Assembly (NCBI GenBank): GCA_965644295.1
Contig: CBFFRP010000288.1
Coordinates: forward strand, 558,001-622,000
From: Paraphysomonas bandaiensis
Taxonomy: Eukaryota > Protista > Chrysophyceae
Reading direction: 5' to 3'
DNA: 64,000 nt
The position numbers were made by a program, and so were the translations under genes. The notes below the pieces were generated by a model. It saw only the letters and a program-made list of their open reading frames with translations, was not told the origin of the DNA and made no database searches. Every line of letters starts with the position of its first letter. Position 1 is the stretch's first letter. Below, in pieces: positions 39,581 through 52,600 of this stretch.

Positions 39581-40054
39581 GATGATGCCGCTGTTGTTAT
39601 GTGCCACGACGTTGCAATTAGTAGAATTTAAGCATTAGACAAACACCCTGTTTGCGATTTCGATTAAAATCCATAGGGTTCTTAGATATCTAGATATGTT
39701 ACAATTCCACGAGATTCTGATGAATAATATGGACATACTAGGAATTCCTACTTCGTACGATAACAAATAAATATGACAGAATGGGGATCATTTTTGGGAG
39801 TATGTTTTTCTTTATACAAAAAAATCTTCGTTTTCTACATTATACAGCTGCAGTATCCAGTCGTAGGGCATTTCGTAGTAGGGGGCTTTATGTTGTGTAC
39901 TCCATAAACGGTTTCACACTTTCGCATTCGTTTGGCAATATGATGATATCTCCATATATTCAACTGCCAGGGCAATGGCATTTACTTTCGGTTGCACGGA
40001 ACAGCCTACTCAAGGTTCTATTCATTAATTTCAGATTCCATCCAGTAAGTAAAG

Positions 40055-43000
40055 ATGGAGCTTGACTCTTTGTGGCAGTGGGAGCGCAAGAAATTACCAT
40101 GTAAAATTAGACACGAGTCTGGCAACCCTGCTGGAGATGAGCTCCGTGAGAGATTTGCAGAACTTGCTGGGGTTAATCTTCAAGAATTACTGAATGATAT
40201 GAAAAGTGACAAAAAGCGGCGTGAGACTAAAAACAAGGTCTCATATGACCACGTCGGAGATAAGCGTTACAAAGACATGCTCTTCAGGTCGCATGTCCTT
40301 GGGGCATCATCAATCGCCATATCCAAAGTAAATGAGAGCGAGAAGAAAACTTCGTCTAGCATGAGAAATACACGTAAAAGATTTCTATCTATTCCAGAGT
40401 CACCCCCTACTAGAGTGTTATTGGATATTCAGAGAGAGCGTGGGAAACCCCTACGCTTGCCTGAGAATGAAGAGAAGAATTTGGCCACTGTAAAGCTGGA
40501 AAAAAAACTTGCTAAACAACGTGCTCAGCGTATGGCCGCTAAGGACGAAGCAGCTAAAGATGATGAGAATGATAGTGCCAAGGAAATGAAGTCTATTTTT
40601 GGTGCAGGCATGAAGCACATTTTACCTAAGTATGGGGGGGATATGTTCGGGACTGCTGGTGAATATATGGGTGGTATGCTCTACCTTTCGAGAATGCCCC
40701 CCAAACGATCTCATCAGGGTACAGCTATGTTAAAATCTTTTTCTCGGACGAATACTCTTCAGATGGAGGACTCCCAGGGACCAGATGATGAGGCTGATTT
40801 GGCTGTGCGGAATGTGGTGCAGAACAGTGGCGAAGATGAGGACACAGAGATAAGTTCAAAACTGTATTGTGCCACTGCCCTTTGCAATTGGGCACGAAAT
40901 CCTTCCAATGCGCAGAGATTGGCAAATGAAGGAGCGGTAAGGGCGATTATACTTCTTTCTAATGAGAAAGTCGCCAAGATATCCGTATATTGCGCAGGGG
41001 CTTTCCGATACATGTCTGAGCATACTGTACTGGCAGAAAAAATGATTGAAGAAAAGTGTGTGAATGTAATCTCTGAAATGATTACATCCTGCAATGATGA
41101 CTTTATTTCGGGGAATTTAGCAATTTGTCTTCTTAATCTAACACGAATCTCTGGACGGGAGTGGCAGCTTGTTGAAGATAGCATTGTACTTTGCTTTATG
41201 AATCTTATTAGCCAGCGGTCCGATCTACATTCTGCTTGTTGTCGTGGCCTCTACAATCTAACTTGTATTGACACCTCTTACCCCATGATGGAAAGAGTTA
41301 TACGCGCGCTTATTACTTTATCCTCTTCTGGCACTGCTAGTGTAAAGCATCTGTGTGCATCTGCGCTGTGTAACTTGGCCGATCTCAAAGGAATTCGTCT
41401 ACGCATGGTGGAAGAAGGAGTTATTTCAGTTCTGGGAACTCTTGCCAGGGGAGCTGAGACCCGTACCCGCCGTGTGTGTGCGGTCATTCTCCAGAATTTG
41501 ACGGCGACCAAGGCGTGCCGGACAGAGATGGTATCACGCAACTGCGTACAAGTTGCGTATGGTCTTTCTTCTGACCAGGATCCGATCATACTTCGGTGTA
41601 TTGGACTAGCTCTCTCTCGTCTGGCCCTTGAGTCTTCAAATAGCACCCGTGTTATCAGTGACGGAGGAATTATGGCCCTCTGTAATATCGCAGTCAAATA
41701 TCCCACCATACCCGGTATATCTCAACCCGCTGCTGTTGCTTTTCAGCTCCTCTCCAGTCGTCCCTCTGTGCGTATCACGATCGTGCAAGAGGGAAGTGTA
41801 GCGGCAATAGCGTCATTGCTACGTCTGTCGGGTGATATATTTACATTACAGCATGGTCTACTTGCTCTCTGCAATCTTCTCTCTTCTCCTGATAACCACT
41901 TACCTATAGTTCAACAGGGCTTAGTAACAACCCTAACAGTTCTGAGTGCGCATGAAAGTGATTTGCTTAAAGATTTTTGCGCTCTGGCTTACTTTAATCT
42001 CAGTTGTGCGGAGGAATCGAGGAAGCATATTGTTAATGCGGGGGCGATTACCTCGGTTATTAATCTTTCTACCCATAATTCTGCGATTACAAAACGGCGC
42101 TGCGCGGCTACCCTCTGTAATATAGCCTCTTATGAAATTGGAATGCAACGGATGGTGGCTGATGGCATTATTCCCGCTTTGGTGAAGCTTCTGGTTGCAG
42201 ATGATATTGAAACTGTACGATATGGTTGCGCAGCACTCTGTCGCCTCTGCACCACGGTTGAGAATTGTGCTCTCATTTTAGAGTCTGGCGCTGTGTCTAA
42301 CGTTGTGCAGGGCGCGCTTGAGGGAGATATCACAACGAAGCAGTTCTGTTGTGCTGTACTTTCGTCACTTTCTTACTACGAGACGTGCCGGGAGTCTCTC
42401 TGTGATAATAATATAATATCTGCACTCAACCACTTGTCTGAAATGACTGATGACATCACTCGTCAGCGTTGTCTTGTGGCGTATGCGAATCTCTCTTGTG
42501 AGGACAAAGTTCAAGACCGCATGGTAGAGGAGGGGGTCGTAGACATCATTGCCAAGCTTGCTGACTCATATTTTGAGGTCAATCAAATGTGCTGTGCTAA
42601 AGCACTGTGTAATTTATCTCGTCATACTCACACTCGTACTCAACTCGTTCGCGAGGGAGGGGTCCAAGCTCTCATGATGATTAGCATGGTGCGCAGTGTA
42701 GATATACAGACCAAACTGCTGTGTGTGCATGCCCTCTCAAACATTTTGGACGAGAGGACTGTGGATTCACTCATTGAGGATGGGATAGTTGGTGCCCTGG
42801 CCAATCTGTGCAGTCTACATAATCACGCCATAACGAACTGTTGCGCCAGGTTAATGAATCAGATATCAGTATTTCCTCAAGGAAGAGTGAAAATTGTTGA
42901 GAAGAATTCTGGTGTAAGGGCACTTTTTGACACTTTTGGATTTACAAACGACAGCGATACGAAGATTGTTGTGGCACGCACAGCTTGTAACCTTATTCTG

Positions 43001-44874
43001 TGTCACCAAGTTCGCTTACAGGCGATCGACCACGGAGGCCTAGAAGTAATTGGAAACGGTGCCAAACTATCAAATTCTGATGCATCTTTGCATTGCGCGA
43101 TGGCTGCGCTATCATCTTCTTTAGAGCCACAGTTTCGCATGAAATTTGTGCTGTCTGCATTGCCGTCTGCTATAACTACTGTTGCCCTGGAGAGTTGTGA
43201 TACGAAGAAACTTTCATTTTGTGTCAAATCTCTTGCCATTTTGGTGTGGACGAAGGAGTCCCGAAGTCACCTTCAAACACCCCTGTTTGTGAGTAATATT
43301 ATGCGCTTGGTGGATAAGAACAGAGATGAAAATGTGTTAATATGGATCGCGCAGATTCTTTATTTCATTTGCTTCGACTACAAGGATTATGCAGAGTTGC
43401 TTGAACTTGGGATGCAGACAACTCTCCGTAAGTTATGTTTAGTGTGTAATAGCACTGTTGCCCAATGTGTGGCGGCAACCACCCGATGCTTCTGTCGCGA
43501 CAGTTATTGTGTTAATATTCTTGCCAGTTCTGAGGTTGTCGACATACTTCAGCACGTGATTCGAGTTGATAGGAGCCCCACAACACTGTATCATATTTCA
43601 TGCACTTTATATGCATTTACAGCACATAGCATAGACTCTAGAAACAGAGTTGCGTTGCCTGACATTGTAGAACTTGTTGATATTCTGGGACATGATAAGG
43701 AGGTGCGGTATCAATGAACTTTGTTGATTGTCTAAATGACATTGTTAATAGTGTGTTGAAGTGCTTGCCGCTACTCTTTGCCTGTTTTGTAGCGATGTTA
43801 AGACTCGTACATACTTCGCAAACAAGACAATATCCAATCTGATAGTGTTGATGCTAGAGATGAACCCAAGGGTAAGTGCCCCTCTCACTGTGTTGTCTAG
43901 GATGAGTTAACACTTGGTCCAGGAAATCGTTTTATCCAATATTGTGCACGTGATATATTCCCTTTCGAAGATGCCGTCCTCAAGACAGTTTTTGCTTGAA
44001 GCAGGAGCGGATAGAATCCTTTTGAAGCTATCACAGAGTGATAATGTAAAGCTGAAGGCCAACTGTTCGAGGTCTCTTAAAAATCTTTCGTCAGATGCAT
44101 CAGAGACTATAGAGGAGGGTGCGGTGGCTGCTCTGATTGCTATGTCTCTCGAGGTAATGTGCTGGTCCTGTTTAACCTATATATCAATCACCGTGTGTGC
44201 AGGGAAAGTCCAGCAACAAAAATGCTGAAGATCTTGAAGAACCGGAAATTAGGCACCACGAAGCCACAGCATTTGGTCCACTTCGTCCCGAAGCTGGAGA
44301 TACAATTGAATCGGGAATCGATCCCACGCCTTGGCAAATGAAAACTGAAATATATAAAGGGGATTGTGCTGGCCGCGGTCCTCCCGCTCCTGAGCCTCCG
44401 AACATGACCACTGAGAGCTCTGTAGACCATCCGTCTACCGTAGACGACCTAGACTCTGGAGAAACTGATGTAGCTCGGACAAAGATGGCGTTTGCGAAGA
44501 TGCAAACTCCCTACGAATTACGAGACAGTTACGGGTTTGACGACAGGGACTTCGAAGTTCATGAAGAGGAAGTTATTCCGGATGAAAATGATGATGTCTC
44601 TGAAGAAGACGATGATGAATACGAGGATGATGTAACATCAACGCTCAGCGGAGGGGAAAGAAGTGTAAGTTTGGCTGATAATAACGAGAGGCCTGAGAAG
44701 CTTCCATCTCTTATACAAGATGAGGACGATTCGATAAATGCTGCATCTGTATATGATCAGGAGGAAGTTGTTCCTAAATCCAAACCGAAGAAGAAAAAAT
44801 GTGCTGTTGCAAAGACACAGCTCCCTCCGACAGTAATTAGGGGAGAAGTAGCAGCAGAACTTGGGTTGTATTAG
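40055..44874 (+). CDS. Large armadillo-repeat protein (Vac8-like repeats) with acidic C-terminus, multi-exon
   Basis: Many ARM repeats (CASALCNLA, MVEEGVISVL, CAATLCNIA, GIIPALVKLL). Introns after about 43702, 43871 and 44153. Confidence 0.85.
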
Positions 44875-45093
44875 TATATGACTTAGTTTCACTACTCATG
44901 TATGTGTACTTGATATCGTCATCTAGTCATGTAAAGCTTTGGTAAAAACGAACTTTGTTGTGATGTTAAAATTAATCTATTTAGTGTTTGTGATAACGAA
45001 AACTATTCAAGACTAGCGATTACATATGGTTAAGACATGTTGATAGTGCTTGAACTTGGCATTACATTGAAGTTAGCCCGGCTCTACATGTAA

Positions 45094-48012
45094 ACGCACC
45101 TTTTCGTGGTGTTCTGGGTTCTGGGGGAGAAGTACCACAGCTAACATGAGCCGCAAATATAGACAGCAGATACCGTTTTGCTCACATAGTCAAATGCTTG
45201 CGTGGTACAAGGGACACTGATAAGTGTCACTTGTGTAGACGTCTTATACACCATCATACGAGTACGACGACCACATATGAAAGTCTGCTTATTACATGAG
45301 TACGGTTGCGTACAGAAACTAGTTTATGTCTATAGACTAGCTAATAACTAGATTTGCTATATACTACTAGTGGCGGGCAACCGTCTCGGGACTGCTTGTG
45401 CATCGCTGCGAGCACCATGGTGCAACCGTCCCTTGTAGTGAGGTTAGTCGGGGGGTCTACCTTTGGGCAATGTGTCTGGCGGGCCTGTGCCATGGATTAT
45501 GTGGGGGGTGGGTGAGGCGAGATGTATATGAGAGTGCAAGTCGGTGGTGGAGATAGTGCTGGTTGTTGAGGTGGGGTTTCGGCCACAAGTAAGGAGGAGT
45601 TGTTTCCGGAGTGGTTGCGCTTGCCTCTGTCGGGTCTGGGCTCTTGCAGAGAGTGTAGTTCGTCGGGTGGATGTCGCCTGGAGTAGCTGGAGTACTTTTG
45701 GTGTCGGGTGGGTATCCTGGGCAGGCGTTGCTTTGGTGTGTCGTGACCGGTGTCGCCGGTGCCGTGTCTGCGTTGTGGTGTCTGTGTCCCCTATTGCGAA
45801 GCATGCGGAGCCCTCCATCATATAGGGGGAGTAGGATAGAGGCGATGGATTTTTCTAGGGCGTGGAATTGATGTTCGAGCAGTGAGCTGGATATGTGGCG
45901 TCCGAATGCGTCGGCCATTTGTGTGGCCGTAATGTGGCCGGTCCAGTAGCGCTCAACCTGGGGGGTGGTTGGGTTCCATGCGTCTTTGGCTAGTTTGATT
46001 ATGGCGGTGTAAAACCAGGGATGGGGGAGCGTGCGTGTGCGAAGTTTGTCAAGCTTATTGTGGTGTGCTTGGTGGACATCTTCACGTATGTGAATGATGT
46101 CAGGGTGAGTGCAGGTGAGAAGCATGTGCGCCATGTTGTCTGTGGGGTGTGCACAGTCTGCGCATGTGGAAGCCGTTGTGCGATCATGTCCGGATTTTCC
46201 TTTGGCTCGGTTTCTACCCATTGCAAAGGATTTGTCCCATACGTATGCCGTCTCGCGTATACGCTCTGCGAGGGGGATGTAGTGTTTGGAGGAGTTATGG
46301 GTACGGACAGAATGGAGCTTGTGTGGGAGCCTTGTTCCGCTGCGTGTCCTATACTGCGGGTCTCGTTGCGTTTGTGCAGCATACATGCTATCTCGTCGGA
46401 GGGTGTATTGATGGAGGTCCCACTGGTGGTGGAGATCTGTAACGTCTCCTAGCATAGGACCGAGGTCTGTGAGGAGGTGTGTATCGTATCTACGCCAGTG
46501 CCATTGACCCGTGGTGAAGAATTCTTCCAGTATGTGCGTAGCGTCAGTTGTGACAACACTGTAGTTGGAGGCTCCGAGCACTTTGTCTAGTGTCTTTCTA
46601 TCGCCGCTGGCGGCGGCGTCAGCTATATAAATGCCGTGGTCAGTAGGTCCAGTTGCTTTGATCTTGTGTTCTACGTTCGGGGTGCGAGTGCGTCCATTGT
46701 AGTGGACGCTGTTTAAGAGCTGTGGTGGCGAGGCATTCGTAAAATATTCCCTGGGGCTTTGTTCCGAGGGCGCGCCGTCTGTGTGAGAGGACCTCTTTGG
46801 TCCGCGTCTGTACCGCCTGGCAGTCAGTCCAGATTGGCACGGAAGAGTGGAGTACTGCAAGGGTTTCGTAGGTGTAGGCGTTGAGGCCAGGCGCTGTGTG
46901 CTGTGGTGCCGTAAGTTGTAGGATTTTGGTTTGTCTGTGACCCCAGGTGTTCTTGGGCGGGAGCCATACAATTGCAGCTCCTCCGTCGTGTGTGTGTGTT
47001 GCCGAGTAGGTGAGCAGGGGTGAGGTGTGTGCGTGTGAAGGATCCATCCGTGAAGATGGCTTTGTAAGCATATTTGTGATCATTGTACAGTTGTAGCTGT
47101 GATTGGACTTTGTCAATGGTAGCTCGGAATTGTGGCGTAGCTGGGGAGGGAGGTTGTATTCTGATGCCTAGTTGTTGCCCCCATTGTACCAGACTGCTGA
47201 TGTACGTGTCAACGTCCTCGGGGAGGTGCTTGTAGCGTTGCAAGAGCGATATGGCCGCACTCTTGGGCTGCACTCCGAGTGTGAGGGCTCGTTGAAGAGT
47301 ATGCCATTTCTGAGTCTGGGCGTGGGTTGAAAATTTGCGCAGTCCAAGCCCTTTGTATTTCGGGGGAAGGTAGATAAGATCCGTGGGATATCCAGGGGGG
47401 AGACGGAGTATTTTCCTAGCGGCCTCCCGCGCGAGTAGTTTGTCTATGGCGATGTATTTAGCATATGTCCAGGATGCTTTGGAGGCCTTGTATAGTAGGG
47501 TCGGGAGTATTTGTGTGTTGAGGACGAGTAGCTTGCAGGCAGGTGTCGCGCATTTGGATCGTAGAACTGCCGTGGATGGGGCTATGTAGGTGTTGCACCA
47601 GCTGTGGGAGTCAGTGTCCTTTACTGAGAATGGAAGTTGTACCCCGAGATACTTGGTGGAATTTGTGGTTGTTCGGATGGGGATGGGGTGTGGGCACCAG
47701 TTCCAGTCTCTTGTGTAGACGTCTTTGGGCCTTGACAAATAAACGGCATCCGGGAAACGGCATATTCGCCTGGGTATTGGGCTGCCTGCTGAGGTCAAGC
47801 ATCCGGGCTGTTCACCTCAAGTACAGAAATCAGAAGAAGTCAGGTATATCACATTCAGTAGCTCACTGCGTTTGCTCTGAGTGATAGAGCGGTGCACAAA
47901 TAGATATCGTAGCGTTAAGTAGTGGGATATCAGATATCAGCATGGTAAATTACAATGGTAAATTAGTTCTGATTCTTAAACACCTATTGCAAATAATAAT
48001 AAGACATTCACT
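45094..48012 (+). mobile_element. Short retroposon copy (45094-45245 plus 47710-48012) interrupted by a LINE
   Basis: The two halves rejoin into the family consensus at the duplicated site cttgtgtagacgtctt. Confidence 0.85.
45246..47709 (-). mobile_element. 5'-truncated non-LTR retrotransposon (RT thumb - RNase H - CCHC-type zinc finger), frameshifted
   Basis: KYLGV and LIYLP...GLGL; RNase H motifs IFTDGS, YETLA, IWTDCQ, WTHSH and GIYIADAAA; zinc finger CADC...NMAHMLLTC. 16-bp TSD at 45230-45245 / 47710-47725. Confidence 0.9.
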
Positions 48013-48025
48013 TAAACATTTGTTC

Positions 48026-48980
48026 TCAGAAACAACATTGTTTTCCGTTGACGGTCCGATTAAACACGCATTGGTCTACGGGGTTGACTGCAAAGCCGAT
48101 GCTCTCCAGGTACGTCCTCAGTGTATCGTACCATAGTTTTGCACTCTGAACACATCTGTATAGGGCCCGGTCCAATCGTACTAGCAGTCTTCCGCGTTCG
48201 TCTATGTATGGCTGTACTGCTGGGTCCATCTTATTTGTACCTTTTAAAACTATGAGTAGATTTCGTGCACTATTAACCCACTTCAATTGCACAATATATA
48301 TCCTATCATACTCCAGAACTCAGCACAATACCACCACTCCCCACTTTGTACTGCATATATATACACTATATATATGATGCAATGTGCAACCACTTCTATT
48401 AACGCTGCGATACGCAATTACAAGTCCAAGTACACTATTCAATCCACTGATGCCCCCACAAGCTCAACTCATGTCATTCACACTAGTACACCACTACCCT
48501 AGTACTGGATCCTGAACCCCCTCGCAATCCTGCGGAGTTCTATACCCCAAAGAGCGCCTCCTTGACAATAAACGAACATTGACCCCGAAGAACTTACATC
48601 CTCGGATAAATCTTCATACACATCAAGCGGATGTGGTCTTAACTTGGTGCTTGCGGCGACACACACACACAAGCAACTTTCGTAGAGTTAAATAGTAGGA
48701 AATCAGATTTAAGCACTATTTAGTTTATGGTAGATACTTATAATATATACTAAGCTGGCACTGACTCTACAACGCGTATTGCTAAAATAAACAGACATTG
48801 GATAGAGTTAACCTTTCTAAAATATACATATACTACACATTATTGCTATCGGATACACAACCACCGAACCTCACGAGGCATAGGTGGACGTATGACTCCG
48901 CTGATATATAGCTAGCTCCACCATACATTCACTCCAAACTAGATACAACGAACTCTCTTAGCCTTGGGTTCCTCTGCAAT
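48026..48980 (-). mobile_element. Mosaic of Copia fragments (RT piece, LTR piece, 3' UTR piece homologous to Copia B) with a retroposon tail at about 48643-48799 (+)
   Basis: LDRALYRCVQSAKLWY...NPVDQCVFNR. 48230-48330 resembles the Copia B LTR start. 48840-48980 is a reverse-complement homolog of 31480-31620. Confidence 0.7.
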
Positions 48981-49692
48981 AGAAGTCAATGTGATGACCA
49001 AACCTGGTAAAGATGAATAGTAGATACTAAAAGTAACATTGTTATTTTAAAAAATTACAAGGCTGAGTTTTCAACTCAATTATTATTAACTTAAACTTAT
49101 ATAAGAGTTAAATTTCTACAGAAGTAGTTAAAAATAGCAGTACAAACTACTATCTACTACCTCTCCTCGGCATTAGAAGATTCTCGTAAATTTGAAGCCT
49201 CAGGGTTTGCTCATGAGAGTGTATTTCACGACCTGTTCGATCCTGCATAATTTCTTGTTGCATGTACTCATTAGCTACATCATCGAACACATTGTTTCTG
49301 TCCACACACGGAACCTGCTGCAGGGGTGTCGACGTCGCGACTAGAGGAGGAGAAGCGAGACTGGAGGTGGCGCCGCAGATTTCATTCTGTTTATCTCCTC
49401 CTGCATAGCTATACATAATAGCCCGTGATTCCTCTAGTTGCATTTTTGTAGTGCACTCAGTATGGGCTCACTGGAAGCAGAAGTGACCACATCCCCAACA
49501 ACAATGTCCTCATCCGCATCTTCAATCTGCACATTATACACAAATTAAATACAATAATTATTCTTTATGTATTACATCTCTTTGCCTGCTTCACAGTACG
49601 AGTTTTACTTGTGGACTTCGCTGGTCGAGGCTTCTTTATGCTCTTAGGTTTCACCCTTTTCTCACGAGTAAGTCCCTTCCGCTTGCGAGTGA

Positions 49693-52600
49693 TGTTACGG
49701 TCATCATACATCATAACATCTACAACTGCTGGAGTTCCAGTTCCACCGAATCAGGCCATCTAGAACAGCCTCGTGGTCAAATGCAACGTATGGAAGACAG
49801 CCGACAACTATAAACCACTTGTGGTCAGAGTACTATCTGAAAGAGGCAATAGCATCGCATCATATCGGGGAGATACGCATTTGGTACGTAGAATGGCACC
49901 GAAGAAGTATCCTTTGCCCGCATTGTCTTGTACCACCTGCCGCAGCGTCATATAAGAATTATGTATGAATAGTCTGGCATGAAACTACAACCACTAGATT
50001 ACCGTATCCTGAAGGGAAACCCAACGTTTCTCGAAGGAAAGAAACTCCCAGACCCTAAAACTAGGAGTTTCATGCCACACTACCCCTTTCCCCTTTTTTT
50101 GGAAAAATGTGGCACATGTACTAAACAAAAGAACGCTCTAAAAACAAAATCAACACCCAAAAAAATCACCCCTACTATCCTAACTGATCACTCCAACGAA
50201 ATTGTGACGTATGAGAACCTTCTCATAGGTGTCCATCCCCTGGACAGAGCGGATTCTAACCGTCAAAACTCATAGATCAGACTCCTGACTGTTGCGACGA
50301 CTCATCCTCACTTGAAATGGCTTCCTCTGCCGCCGTGTCCGGAGACCTGGACCGCTTTTTCCTTCTCCTGGGTTGTAGAGCTAGAGTGAGTCTTCAAATA
50401 CTTCAACAACGCATCTGTTCCTCGTACTGTAGAAACATCGTAATTTGACCAGTATACTTCAAAGAACAAATCCCACCGCGAACCTTTAGGGTCGCCCCTC
50501 ATAAAAGTAAACAATATGCAAACGTGGGAAATTTTCAGAAATATTGGAAATTCTAGTAGATTTTACTGAACTTTTAAGAATTGTTGTAGAATGGTTCTAA
50601 AAGTGCTGGAATGCAATAGTGTAGTGTTAATAATTATATTTTTATTAATATTTAGGTCCTATAGGACACACCAACAGCACGTTTCCTTTTACCAGTAACT
50701 ACGTTGTATGCCCATAACTAATAGCCATCATAAAACGCCAATACACGTCGCGTCACAAAAATTCTATGCTAGAGTATTCACTCCGTTCAACATAATATAT
50801 AGACTACACAAGTCAGAGCTGATACCACTCTCAGATGACACTTCTTACTGAGTGGTTCAGAGTTGCAGGCTTAAAACTGCTTTCCAGGAAGGTCACATGT
50901 GTCTTCATGACAGCGTTTGCTCACGAGGCAGTAGCACAGAGCCTCATACAGTGGATTGAGGAGAGTGGAAATGCACCTTGGGGTTGCCAACAATACACCT
51001 ACTGCTGGTATGTAGCACTATACACGATCTCATATGCTGCAATTCATTTACAATATATGGAATGATTGATTGCGTAGATTACATGATATACAGAAGAAAG
51101 GACTGTCACTACGGAAGCTTAGTGCTTTAAAGGCATTTCATTTAAGCTTTTAACCTGCCGTAAGTAGCTAGAATATGAGATAGAGAGCTCTGAGGAGTTG
51201 CCTACATGCATTGATGGGCATTCCAGCAGTCGTTAAGAGGAGGAATCATTCAGAGCTTCGTCGAAAGATGAGACCTCCCCGTCGAAACCGAAGCAAAGAC
51301 AGAAAGAAGAGCAGGAAAAACTCCTACACAGAAAGTCTTCTTGTGGACATCTTCGTATGGCTTATGAACGTGACAACTTCAAAGCTGAAGCCCAGCTCTC
51401 CTCGAGCTTCAGAATCGGAAGGAGAAGAACAAGGAATTCTGTAGCTCATTCACGTACGTATAGCAATCAAACGGTTAGTTGAGCCCATTTTTATACTGAA
51501 AGTAATATTAATTTGCAATATTAGTCGGTAATATATCAATACAAATGCAGAGAACTATTTATTAGCACTCTAGTAACTAGAGCTTTAACGAGGAGAATGT
51601 TTGCATAATATTGTTTACTTTATGTTTGTAATTTTCTCCATTACAAACTTGTACCCTCAACATCATCCCGTAACGCCACTTGTACGGGGTCATCCACCCT
51701 CGGATCATACCAAAAAGGCCACAGCTTAGATATATGATACCGTGTCTATCCTCTAGACACTAAATTGGTCCTTCCACACCAACCACTTCCATAGGCCCCT
51801 TCAAATAGGGTAACAATTTGCTCGACGGACCCGTCCGTAACGAGTTATATGCCTGTGCTCCACTAACACAAATGCTCCCACTGGATACGATGAGACACCC
51901 TCTGGCATGTTATACTCGAAATGGTGTTGACCCCTTATTTCCAGGTTCTGACGAGCATACACTCGCACCTTCTCCTGAGCTGCGAGTCTGTCTGCCACCC
52001 ACTCGGCAGATCCTTCTCCTCCCTTGGAGACAAATTCTTCCTATCCAAAATAAAACCTGCATCTAGGTTTATGGCATATCCATACACTAACTGCGCCGGG
52101 GCCACTCCTGTCGACCCATGGATTGCCGTATTCAAAATACGCTGCACCATTGGCAGTACATCAGACCAATTATTTTAAAAAACCCGATCTATGTAAAACT
52201 AAAGGCAGGATTTTTGGGAGTTGTGTAAAATAATTTACACGATAAAAAATTATTCTCTATTGTAGTGTGTGTGAGTTTTGGGTTTAGAAAAACCACTTTG
52301 TCGAAAATAATATTCCTCAGATGACGGAGAATTTCCTTATTCTCCCTCTCTCAACCTTAACATTCTCCTCCTTTGAGTACTCTACTGTAAAGGAGTGCTC
52401 CACTCCTAACAAAGATTTTACCTCCCGAATAATATCGGACATAACGGCCCTCCCCTTATCCGAGGTGAGCTTACAAATCGAACACATCGAAAATCGGCCA
52501 AAACAATGCAACAACGCTCGTGCCGTATCTTTCGCGGAAATGCCCTTAGTGGGAAACAACTCCGCCCACCGTGAAAAGGCATCTATCTATCATCACCAGA

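Noticed and set aside
47710-47798. MTSAGSPIPR... as the N-terminus of the LINE ORF, also seen at 10002-10190
   Set aside because: It lies outside the 16-bp TSD and is antisense translation of the host short retroposon.
49150-49690. Gene-like remnant beside the Gypsy LTR
   Set aside because: No identifiable family. Probably decayed TE or gene debris.
50835-51065. ORF MTLLTEWFRVAG... as a novel gene
   Set aside because: It is inside a TIR element, and another frame carries the SWIM-like remnant. Likely a shadow ORF.
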